Virus genome (UHGV): UHGV-0355499
DNA from: a virus
Direction: 5' to 3' (one strand)
Length of the DNA: 44,522 nt
Shown: positions 37,292 through 44,522 of the stretch, in pieces
How the letters are laid out: every line of letters begins with the position of its first letter
Position numbering within the stretch: the stretch's first letter is position 1
Program-made: the position numbers and the translations under genes
Notes under the pieces: generated by a model
Databases searched by the model: none
The model's input: the letters and a program-made list of their open reading frames with translations, nothing else
Told to the model about the DNA's origin: nothing

Positions 37292-39252
37292 TAGCTCCCT
37301 CCGAGCATTCTGGCCATCTCCTCGAGAGACAGTTTGTTTTGTGATTTTTTCCGTTGCTCAGCGAGCGTCTCGAGATTGAGCTGGAAACGAATTTTACTGA
37401 TACGCAGCGCTGCCAGTCCGTACACCCAGCAGTCGAGCGCCTCATTTCGCCGGCCCTGGTTGTCCCAACGATAAACGACGCGACCGTTAATGAGTTTCGG
37501 GATCAGAACCTCGGAGACGAGCTGTTTTGCCTCTGTCGTGCTGAATATTTCGTCGTCGTTGGGAAAATGAATCGCACCTGGTGTCGCCGATTTGGAGTCG
37601 GGTTCCAGCTGCAGGCGCATTGCGAGCAGGTCTTTCGCTGTATCTGTCCCAATCAACGACAAATACACTTTATTCGCGTTACGGGTACGAGGCATATTTA
37701 CGACCGGCTGGCCGTATGAGCTCGCGCCCTTGATTGGAATGACCCACAGCGGACCGAGTTTCAGCGAGCGGTTATAAACGACCTGCGCATCTATACCACC
37801 GGTATCCCACGCCCAGCGACTGACGCCGATTGTGGTCCCGTCGCTGCGCCGGTATTGTTTGCGAATCACTCCGTCGACGCGCTGCAGCGTGTCCTCCTCG
37901 TCGTAGCGACCGAGGACGATTGTTTTATCAATCAGCCAGCACTCCTCCTCGGCTCCCCAGCCCCACACATAACACTCGTAGCGCCCGGACGTCTGAGAGT
38001 CGATGCCGCCGGTTATATAAACAACACCGTCAGGAACCTGGCTGGCGTATTTTTCCCGGCGATTAACCAGAATATCGTGCTCCAGCTGCTCGCTGGCCAC
38101 GTCGCTCCAGAGTTCGCCGAGCGTCGTGTTATGAAACGTCTTTTCCTTGAGCGGGTCGCCTTTCGCTTTCAGCCACTCGCTGACAATCTCGCCCCATCCA
38201 TCGAGGTTTAGTGAATACAGGGCGTTTATCACGATCGCAGCGTGTTTCGGCGCGCGAACGACGCCACCGTCATGATCAAAAAAATGAATGCCGTCTCGGG
38301 TCCAGGTGCAGTCCTCGGCTATCCAGCGCCCCCCGAACTCCATTTTTTCGAGATCGCGATAGTAAAAATGTTCCGGGCAGTGGCAGCACTGGTAATACGC
38401 GGACGACGATTTCGCCTCATTGGTCTGCAGGCTGTTATCCCATTTGAGGCCGTATTCGATACCGTCGAAACCAAATACCAGGACCTGCTCCTCGCCACAA
38501 TGCGGACATGTCAGGTAAAAACGAAACGTCAGATCGGCAGCGTCTTCGAGCATTTCGATATGACTTTTGCCGGTAACGGTCGGCGTCGAACCAAAAATCG
38601 CCTTCGGGTACGCTGCCCCTTTAATTCGAACGAGCGCCAGTTCGATGGGCGAGCCCTCGCCTTTGCCTTTTTTGGCAACTTCCAGCGGCCAGCCGTCAAC
38701 TTCGTCACCCTCGACAACCTGTTTCGTTAGTCGCCGGAAATTTCCTGGTGCACTCGCGCCGCGAAAATCAAGAATCGCGCCGCTCATTTCTTTACGCTGG
38801 AGATTGTTACGCTCGTTGCTTTTATCCCAGTCGGGGAAAATTTTCTGAATCACTGGCATTTCGGCGATAGCGGGGTCAACCTCGTCGGCGACAAATCCAT
38901 CCGATTCGTCATCGATAGGCTGATAGACCACGGCACTACGTTTTTTGTGCTCAGCGAAATAGAGCAGCGCCGCGACGAGTATTTTTGTATAACCGAGACG
39001 AGCTGATTTGCGAACAGACACGATTTTTATCGCGTCGTTCGTCATCATATTGAGCATCACTACCTGGACCGGCTGAGTCGTCCAGTGCCCAGCGATGTGG
39101 CTGGAGCCCTCAGGGAGATAAAAATATTTATCAGCCCACTCAACACCCGTCATCGGTATCGTCACGCGCAAGGGATTCAACCCTGTCGAGATCGCGTTCG
39201 ATATCGCTGACATCGTAATCGCTGAAGTCGATTCGTATGTCTGACAACTCAT
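37291..39252 (-). CDS. terminase large subunit (lambda gpA family)
   Basis: Extended similarity to lambda gpA (VEWADKYFYLPEG, LTCPHCGEEQVLVFG, VYITGGIDSQ, RNEALDCWVYGLAALRIS); true start probably internal (~39153 or ~39213). Confidence 0.9.
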   Translation of the reverse strand: MSCQTYESTSAITMSAISNAISTGLNPLRVTIPMTGVEWADKYFYLPEGSSHIAGHWTTQPVQVVMLNMMTNDAIKIVSVRKSARLGYTKILVAALLYFAEHKKRSAVVYQPIDDESDGFVADEVDPAIAEMPVIQKIFPDWDKSNERNNLQRKEMSGAILDFRGASAPGNFRRLTKQVVEGDEVDGWPLEVAKKGKGEGSPIELALVRIKGAAYPKAIFGSTPTVTGKSHIEMLEDAADLTFRFYLTCPHCGEEQVLVFGFDGIEYGLKWDNSLQTNEAKSSSAYYQCCHCPEHFYYRDLEKMEFGGRWIAEDCTWTRDGIHFFDHDGGVVRAPKHAAIVINALYSLNLDGWGEIVSEWLKAKGDPLKEKTFHNTTLGELWSDVASEQLEHDILVNRREKYASQVPDGVVYITGGIDSQTSGRYECYVWGWGAEEECWLIDKTIVLGRYDEEDTLQRVDGVIRKQYRRSDGTTIGVSRWAWDTGGIDAQVVYNRSLKLGPLWVIPIKGASSYGQPVVNMPRTRNANKVYLSLIGTDTAKDLLAMRLQLEPDSKSATPGAIHFPNDDEIFSTTEAKQLVSEVLIPKLINGRVVYRWDNQGRRNEALDCWVYGLAALRISKIRFQLNLETLAEQRKKSQNKLSLEEMARMLGGS

Positions 39253-39706
39253 TTAAGGCTATCGCCAGCTCCTCTCGTAATACACTGCTCGCCTCTTGCG
39301 GCATCTCCGGCCAGACCTTTTTCAGGCGTGGTGGCCACGACTCGACGCGGGTACGTAATTCAACGGCGACGCGAGATACAGCGACGCTAATTAATTCAAT
39401 TGGCGCGTAGCGTTTAGCGAGAATGCGGCGTTTTACTCGTGCCATCAGGATTCGCTCCTGTCGTTCCTCATTTTTCAGCCACTGCTCGCGATTTTTTTCG
39501 GGAGAATTGTCCCCCGCTTCCGGTTCGTCATTACTAGTTGTGTCGCGTCTATTGCTCCGGAGATAACGAATATAAAAATGGCGCCATGCGTCTAGCTCCC
39601 AATCACCACGTCCTTGTGGGACTGGTGCTCCCGGAAGTTTTGCGAGATCGCGCAGACGACGATCAGATAGCAGTAAATGTGCTGCAACCTCAGCCTGACT
39701 TGCCAT
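39140..39706 (-). CDS. terminase small subunit (lambda Nu1-like)
   Basis: 188-aa ORF overlapping the large subunit start; N-terminal HTH-like region. Confidence 0.6.
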   Translation of the reverse strand: MASQAEVAAHLLLSDRRLRDLAKLPGAPVPQGRGDWELDAWRHFYIRYLRSNRRDTTSNDEPEAGDNSPEKNREQWLKNEERQERILMARVKRRILAKRYAPIELISVAVSRVAVELRTRVESWPPRLKKVWPEMPQEASSVLREELAIALNELSDIRIDFSDYDVSDIERDLDRVESLARDDTDDGC

Positions 39707-40059
39707 TAAAAATCCTCACCGGAACCGGAAATACCCAAAATGAAAAAATACTAAAAACGAGCGAGTTTTTGCGCGTCTACCGACCCTCGGTGTTTTGGAT
39801 TTCGGAAAGGACCCGCGACCAGGGGGCTATCTCCCTTTCAGGACAGGAATTAGGGGCTCGCATCAGGTTCATCAAACTCAACTGTAGCCTCGCGGCGTAC
39901 TTGTTTGCATACATCAGCTTTGTGTATCTGATTATCAGCGTAAGCTTTCACTTTGGCAGCGAGCCATCCTTTTGTGCTGTATCGATAGACTACCGAACAA
40001 GTTTTCCATATATGTATATATCTTGAACTTATTGATATCATTACAGAAAAACAACAACC

Positions 40060-40320
40060 ATGAGAACGCAAAAAATGAACAGAGAAAAAATTGAAGCCTT
40101 AATGAGCGTAATATTAAAAGAAGCTGACCCAAAAAAGTTTCCTGAGAAGTTATCAGAGGACGCCATCGTATCTTTTTATCGTGCGAACTCCTCTTATCTA
40201 AATTGTTCAACTTTAAGAGAATGGCTAAGCGGCGAAGCAGAGCCTTCAGATGAGATACTTCAGAAGATTATGGTTCAGAACAACTGGCGCGCAACAAAAT
40301 GGTCAAATCAGTTACCTTAA
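40060..40320 (+). CDS. hypothetical protein (opposite-strand cargo gene between lysis and packaging modules)
   Basis: 86-aa ORF on + strand in an otherwise minus-strand late region; AT-rich upstream region; hairpin downstream. Confidence 0.4.
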   Translation: MRTQKMNREKIEALMSVILKEADPKKFPEKLSEDAIVSFYRANSSYLNCSTLREWLSGEAEPSDEILQKIMVQNNWRATKWSNQLP

Positions 40321-40334
40321 TCTGTTGAATGTGT

Positions 40335-40359
40335 GCCGCCTTAAAACAAAAAGGCGGCC
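40335..40359. terminator. hairpin between convergent genes (possible bidirectional terminator)
   Basis: CCGCCTT-loop-AAGGCGG stem-loop between ORF 40060-40320 (+) and lipoprotein gene (-); no clear U-run. Confidence 0.3.
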
Positions 40360-40379
40360 TCTCGTTAAAGTAAATTACC

Positions 40380-40574
40380 CTATTTTCCACCAAGGCATGA
40401 AGCCTCTGCCCCGGTTGAATCAATACAACCACCGTTCGCAGTAGTAATCTTCGTACCCGGCGCGATCATCACGTGTTTAATACTGCTGCCGTCAGCGCGA
40501 GTCGCTTCGGTGTATGTCGAATGTGTGCAGCCTGCCAGCGTGAAGAACGCGACAGCTAAGAGAAGTTTTTTCAC
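40380..40574 (-). CDS. small lipoprotein (possible spanin component)
   Basis: 64-aa ORF with lipobox LAGC, directly downstream of endolysin gene. Confidence 0.45.
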   Translation of the reverse strand: MKKLLLAVAFFTLAGCTHSTYTEATRADGSSIKHVMIAPGTKITTANGGCIDSTGAEASCLGGK

Positions 40575-40581
40575 GTTTTAC

Positions 40582-41061
40582 CTACGCTTCTGAGATAGAT
40601 TTCTCAGCATTCACCAATGGAAGTGATTGTGGAACATCCGTTTGACCTGCTGGCCAGCGGTAGCCTGTTACGCGGGAACGAGGAAAAGCTTTGATATTTA
40701 CTTCATCTGCCTGGTTGCCCCCCAAAATCATTAAATCCCCGGCGGCATTTTTCCCGACAACAAAGCCGACGTGACCACCGCCAGACCGAGACAGAATAGC
40801 AATGCATCCATAGGCGGGTTCCTTCAGTTCATTACCCCAATCGAGATAAGAATTCGCAGACTCAAAACGCGTTGAGCGAATACCCGCACGTTCCAGCATT
40901 GCCCCGGTGAAAGCAGCGCACCACGGTGTTTCGTCATCCTTAATGCCGCCGCGTTTGATATCTTTCCAGTACTGCACAATTTCTGCAGCATGTTGCTTCC
41001 CTTTCATTTCCCGAATGCCGAGGTTTTTTCGAGCCTCGATTAGCCATTTAGGATCCGTCAT
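40582..41061 (-). CDS. putative endolysin (Cys-His peptidase-like)
   Basis: 159-aa ORF in lysis cassette; candidate catalytic Cys (PWCAAF) and His (GGGHVGF). Confidence 0.55.
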   Translation of the reverse strand: MTDPKWLIEARKNLGIREMKGKQHAAEIVQYWKDIKRGGIKDDETPWCAAFTGAMLERAGIRSTRFESANSYLDWGNELKEPAYGCIAILSRSGGGHVGFVVGKNAAGDLMILGGNQADEVNIKAFPRSRVTGYRWPAGQTDVPQSLPLVNAEKSISEA

Positions 41062-41333
41062 TACCTGTCTCCTGTTATTTTTGAAATATTCCCTCGTGCC
41101 CGCCAGACAGCAATACAGATGGTGAGGTTGAGAAAGAACTCTGCGGGATCAACCTGCGTATATTTCCCGTAAAAAATTCGTAGGGCTATCCACGCAGCAG
41201 ACAGAATCGCGAGGTAAGCAGTTAGTGAGATGAAAAAACGATAGCGGCCTGTTTTTTGAAAAAACATCAACCGTAGTGCCAACATCAGACAAATAATTGC
41301 ATTGGCATTGATGAGGACAGAGTGCAGGGTCAT
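41061..41333 (-). CDS. small membrane protein (holin/antiholin-like)
   Basis: 90-aa ORF with 2-3 hydrophobic helices, stop/start overlap with neighbours. Confidence 0.45.
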   Translation of the reverse strand: MTLHSVLINANAIICLMLALRLMFFQKTGRYRFFISLTAYLAILSAAWIALRIFYGKYTQVDPAEFFLNLTICIAVWRARGNISKITGDR

Positions 41334-41797
41334 TATTTCATCCCCTTATCTGATTTCCATAAACGAGCTTGTGACATGATCCGCAACAGTGATGTAACGC
41401 TGATTACTGATGCAACCAGTGCACCAATGGCGGGAGAGACTTTTACTGTTACGGGAGGGTTCAGGTGACTCAGCACCGCGTTCAGAATACCGGTAATGAT
41501 GGCTGACGCTGTCTCAGCGCAATACACACCGCCAACAAACGAAATGAGTGCGAAAATAACCTGCTTCCAGAATCGATGCTGCCCGGACGACAACACATAG
41601 AGAGCTGCGCCTGCCAGCGCACAGATCATCACTGCAGGTGTTGCCTCAGGAAATAACGCAGCAAACGTCACCCCCGCCGAGCCAGCAGCAACGCCAGCGG
41701 TTAGAGGTTCAGACATGATTTTTCCTGATTCAGAAACGACAAAACCCCGCCGTGGCGAGGTTCTTAGAAATTTGGCAACATACCAAATTAGCGTCAA
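41333..41797 (-). CDS. putative holin
   Basis: Membrane protein with multiple TM segments immediately downstream of Q-like gene; true start likely internal (MSEPLTAG...). Confidence 0.5.
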   Translation of the reverse strand: MTLIWYVAKFLRTSPRRGFVVSESGKIMSEPLTAGVAAGSAGVTFAALFPEATPAVMICALAGAALYVLSSGQHRFWKQVIFALISFVGGVYCAETASAIITGILNAVLSHLNPPVTVKVSPAIGALVASVISVTSLLRIMSQARLWKSDKGMK

Positions 41798-41828
41798 ATA
41801 TGGCCTATTTTGTTCGTTTTTGCAAGCA

Positions 41829-42500
41829 TTATACGCAAACGTCGTCTAAATGGTTCTGATAATGATGCAAAGTTGCAAGAAGTGCCACTTCATCAAGTGC
41901 TCTCACCGCCTCTTTCATTCCTACCCAGTGCAGGGAGTATGTTTCGCACCAGGTGGAACGAGAAACCGACAGCATTCCTGCTAGGGTAGATCCGGCCATC
42001 TCCTTAAAATCCTCGCGTTTATTTGCTGCTGCGACCGCCTGCACGGACAACCACACCAACGAAAGCAGGCGCTTAACTACTTTTCTCTGAGTTGACGCGG
42101 GGATGTTTCCTTTATAGCGACTCCAGACAGCCTCACAAATAGCTGTTTGGTGTTTGAATGCCAGGTTACCACCGTAGCAATAACGCAACCACGCTTGCTG
42201 ACTTGCATCCAGCGAGTTCACAGAACGCCGCCAGGATGAATCAGCAAATTCAAAATCACTCATCGGCGGCGCGGGGCGACGTCTGCTGAAACTTTCCAGA
42301 GCGTAAACTGGCGTAACCAGAGCATCAACGGTCCGGTCCTCCAGCTGCACACGGTGAATATGTTTGCGTGGGTATGCGTTTTTGTCTGCCGGTGGGTGCT
42401 CACACAATGCTTCCAGTTGCCCCTTAGAACCACCAGACAAATCCCGCAATGCAGCGCGCAGTTTTATGCGGGTATATTCCAATAAATACTCGTTACTCAT
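41829..42500 (-). CDS. putative late-gene antiterminator (Q-like)
   Basis: 223-aa ORF between nin-region genes and the lysis cassette; assignment mainly positional. Confidence 0.5.
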   Translation of the reverse strand: MSNEYLLEYTRIKLRAALRDLSGGSKGQLEALCEHPPADKNAYPRKHIHRVQLEDRTVDALVTPVYALESFSRRRPAPPMSDFEFADSSWRRSVNSLDASQQAWLRYCYGGNLAFKHQTAICEAVWSRYKGNIPASTQRKVVKRLLSLVWLSVQAVAAANKREDFKEMAGSTLAGMLSVSRSTWCETYSLHWVGMKEAVRALDEVALLATLHHYQNHLDDVCV

Positions 42501-42793
42501 CAGATAAACTCCTCATCGCGCCAGATAGCCAGTGTTCTGAAAACTCCCTCAGCGTGCATCAACAACAATGAGTCGTGCTCGTAATCCGTTTTTGTACGTC
42601 CGTCGATGGCATCGTGACACGCACTGCAGGCGATAGCGCCCTGCATATCGTGAGGTTTGATGGCTGTGCCGCACGTTCCGGCGAGACGATAATGAGCCAG
42701 TACGCTGGTTTCAGGATTGTGATTGCACACACCGGGGATACGCACAGTACAAGCGCGACTGCGTGCAGCTTTTCTCAGGTCGATTTTTTTCAT
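42500..42793 (-). CDS. YbcO-like (DUF1364) nin-region protein, putative nuclease
   Basis: 97-aa ORF; DLRKAARSRACTVRIPGVCNHNPETSVLAH...IACSACHD closely resembles DLP12 YbcO as recalled from memory. Confidence 0.65.
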   Translation of the reverse strand: MKKIDLRKAARSRACTVRIPGVCNHNPETSVLAHYRLAGTCGTAIKPHDMQGAIACSACHDAIDGRTKTDYEHDSLLLMHAEGVFRTLAIWRDEEFI

Positions 42794-43386
42794 GATGTGT
42801 AATCCAGCAGCTGCGCGGCGGCATTTTCAGCGGCCTCCTGAGAGGCAAATGTGCGGAACAAAATATAATTCCACAGCACATCTAAAACGGCTGAATACAG
42901 TTGACCGAACTCAAGATCGTCCATCGCTGCAAACGAGATTGAACGAGGTACGCGCATCAAACTGCCGTCTGGCATCTGATGAACGTCATAAAACCCAGCT
43001 TCCATAATCGCCCATGCGCGAAACGCCTCGAACGACTTCACCGCACTGATACTCCCCGCGCGCTTTTCCGACTCATCGAGAAGATACTGATCAGCCAGCT
43101 CTGCCATGACATCACCGTGTCCACCGTAATACGCCAGTAACTTAACGTAGCCGTGAACCAGTTCGCGCTCCGCAGGAGAAATAGCCCCTCCGGACGGATG
43201 CCAGTAATCAAAGCCCAGGTTGAGAAGTGAGAAAAATTTACGATGAAACGCGGGATTACGCGCCTGTTTGAAATCTGCATACACAACAGCACCTGGTTTG
43301 ACTCGTTCAGTCAACCAGCGTTGCGTGTCTGGTGTCGCGGGTATTAGCGAACCGCCGGATACCCTGATAAATGAATGCTGCGCCAT
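42790..43386 (-). CDS. nin-region protein (NinB/YbcN-like, uncertain)
   Basis: 198-aa ORF upstream of YbcO-like gene with 4-nt overlap; family not confirmed. Confidence 0.4.
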   Translation of the reverse strand: MAQHSFIRVSGGSLIPATPDTQRWLTERVKPGAVVYADFKQARNPAFHRKFFSLLNLGFDYWHPSGGAISPAERELVHGYVKLLAYYGGHGDVMAELADQYLLDESEKRAGSISAVKSFEAFRAWAIMEAGFYDVHQMPDGSLMRVPRSISFAAMDDLEFGQLYSAVLDVLWNYILFRTFASQEAAENAAAQLLDYTS

Positions 43387-43463
43387 GGTTAACTCCAGGT
43401 GGCGCGGCAGTGTTCAGAAAATGATGCCGGGTGTTCAATCCAGCACCGATATTATACCGTGTT

Positions 43464-43643
43464 TTACGCGTCAGGGGGTGTAATAGTATATCCAGCTATT
43501 TCTGCCAACTCGAGAAACGCCATCAGGCTGGCAATCCGCTCATCATCGGTCAGAACACGCACACCAACGATGTGTCCGTCCTTACGCTTGATAACAGCCC
43601 GGCATGTTTCCGGTAGTTCGCCTATAGATTCTTGAATATTCAT
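43464..43643 (-). CDS. small hypothetical protein under a LexA-box promoter
   Basis: 59-aa ORF from ATG ~43643 (ORF-track start 43664 is TTG); SOS box ~20 nt upstream. Confidence 0.4.
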   Translation of the reverse strand: MNIQESIGELPETCRAVIKRKDGHIVGVRVLTDDERIASLMAFLELAEIAGYTITPPDA

Positions 43644-43665
43644 GTCTTCCCCCCAATGCCACAAC

Positions 43666-43681
43666 CTGTATATTTATACAG
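43666..43681. promoter_or_regulatory. LexA box (SOS operator)
   Basis: CTGTATATTTATACAG = CTGT-N8-ACAG with AT-rich spacer, matching the enterobacterial LexA consensus. Confidence 0.65.
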
Positions 43682-43794
43682 TATTTTATGGCATTTGTCA
43701 TAACGCCAAATACAATGAGGGAATAATGAACAATTATATTCACGTCGTGAATTTTATTAAACGGTTTTATAGGGGATTAAACCGTTTATGGTCA

Positions 43795-44385
43795 TTATTT
43801 ATCACTCCTGTAAATTGGAATTAACCATTTTCTAATCGTCGACGCTGCAGGTGGGTCAGAGTATTTCGCCACAAAAATACCGGATATGTATTGCACGCCA
43901 CGCGATAATGGCGCTGTCGGGTTTTCAGTAAAAAAACGATCAGCCAGTTCAATGGCTTCGCTTTTTAATCTGTGCTGTGGTCGTCCTCCGCCCTTTGTTC
44001 CCAGGTATCGCGCCAGTTGTTTGAAACGGTAGGCGATGATTAACGGTCGCATCATCATATTGAAAAAATCGCGGGCATCGTTGTCAGCGCCTTGCGCTAT
44101 CAACAGTGCAAAAAACAGATACGGGATTATGTACACTTCAGGAGATATACGAACCCGTTCACAAGTTGGTGGAGCCAACTCAATAAGTAAGTCAGCCAGC
44201 GGATTCCCCTTTTCTCCACGTTTGTAATAGCGATACAGCGGCCCGATATCAAGTTCACTCACGTCGATTTCAGGATGCCCGGCAACGACTGTACGTATCT
44301 CTTCTGCCAGAGCGTCAAATATTGCCCCGGTCCGTTCAAGATAGAGCCTCCGGGTCGAACCGCGATCATCCAACGCCCGTAACAT
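43795..44385 (-). CDS. hypothetical phage protein
   Basis: 196-aa ORF upstream of the LexA-box gene; no domain recognised. Confidence 0.4.
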   Translation of the reverse strand: MLRALDDRGSTRRLYLERTGAIFDALAEEIRTVVAGHPEIDVSELDIGPLYRYYKRGEKGNPLADLLIELAPPTCERVRISPEVYIIPYLFFALLIAQGADNDARDFFNMMMRPLIIAYRFKQLARYLGTKGGGRPQHRLKSEAIELADRFFTENPTAPLSRGVQYISGIFVAKYSDPPAASTIRKWLIPIYRSDK

Positions 44386-44522
44386 ATCTAACCGGCTAAC
44401 GAAAGTTTCAGGCCAGTCCTCATTGATGCGCCGCGCGATAAATGCACTCTATCTTGTGCGATAAATGGCATCCACGCGGCGTTTCATTATTTGAAAAAGA
44501 ATTACATTTCAGGTTGCGTTAT

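Larger units (their letters stand above)
19605..44522. mobile_element. Prophage B (hybrid: P2-like contractile tail, lambda-like head/packaging, lambdoid lysis/Q/nin; continues beyond right edge)
   Basis: Uninterrupted minus-strand string of tail, head, terminase, lysis, Q and nin genes. Confidence 0.75.

Noticed and set aside
39707-40059. cos site upstream of the Nu1-like terminase small subunit gene
   Set aside because: Position is appropriate but I could not recognise a cosN-like nicking sequence by eye; left unannotated.

Overview
The window reads as two tandemly arranged enterobacterial-type prophages joined at a tRNA-Leu-derived attachment core (~19550-19604). Prophage A (1 to ~19.6 kb, left edge outside the window, no late genes visible) carries: an accessory region on the + strand (Mor-family activator, membrane proteins, an ImmA/IrrE-like metallopeptidase paired with a small membrane protein); an AT-rich two-gene cargo cassette flanked by ~72-bp direct repeats; then, on the - strand, antirepressor, small early genes, DnaB-like helicase, replication initiator, YdaT-like and Cro-like genes; then, on the + strand, a CI-like repressor, a ~1 kb ORF-poor GGA/GACCA-repeat-rich leader, and a PL-type operon (Rad52-like annealase fusion, Gp157-like, CsrA-like small protein, Xis-like, tyrosine integrase). 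Prophage B (~19.6 kb to the right edge, all late genes on the - strand) is a hybrid: P2-like contractile tail genes, lambda-like head and packaging genes, a lysis cassette, Q-like antiterminator and nin-region genes, plus a LexA box in front of a small gene. The most notable candidates for undescribed biology are the prophage-encoded CsrA-like protein with its GGA-rich leader and a shared translation-initiation motif, the repeat-flanked AT-rich cargo cassette, and the ImmA-peptidase/membrane-protein pair. All assignments rest on by-eye motif and synteny recognition; no database searches were run, and base-level coordinates of small non-coding features may be off by 1-2 nt.
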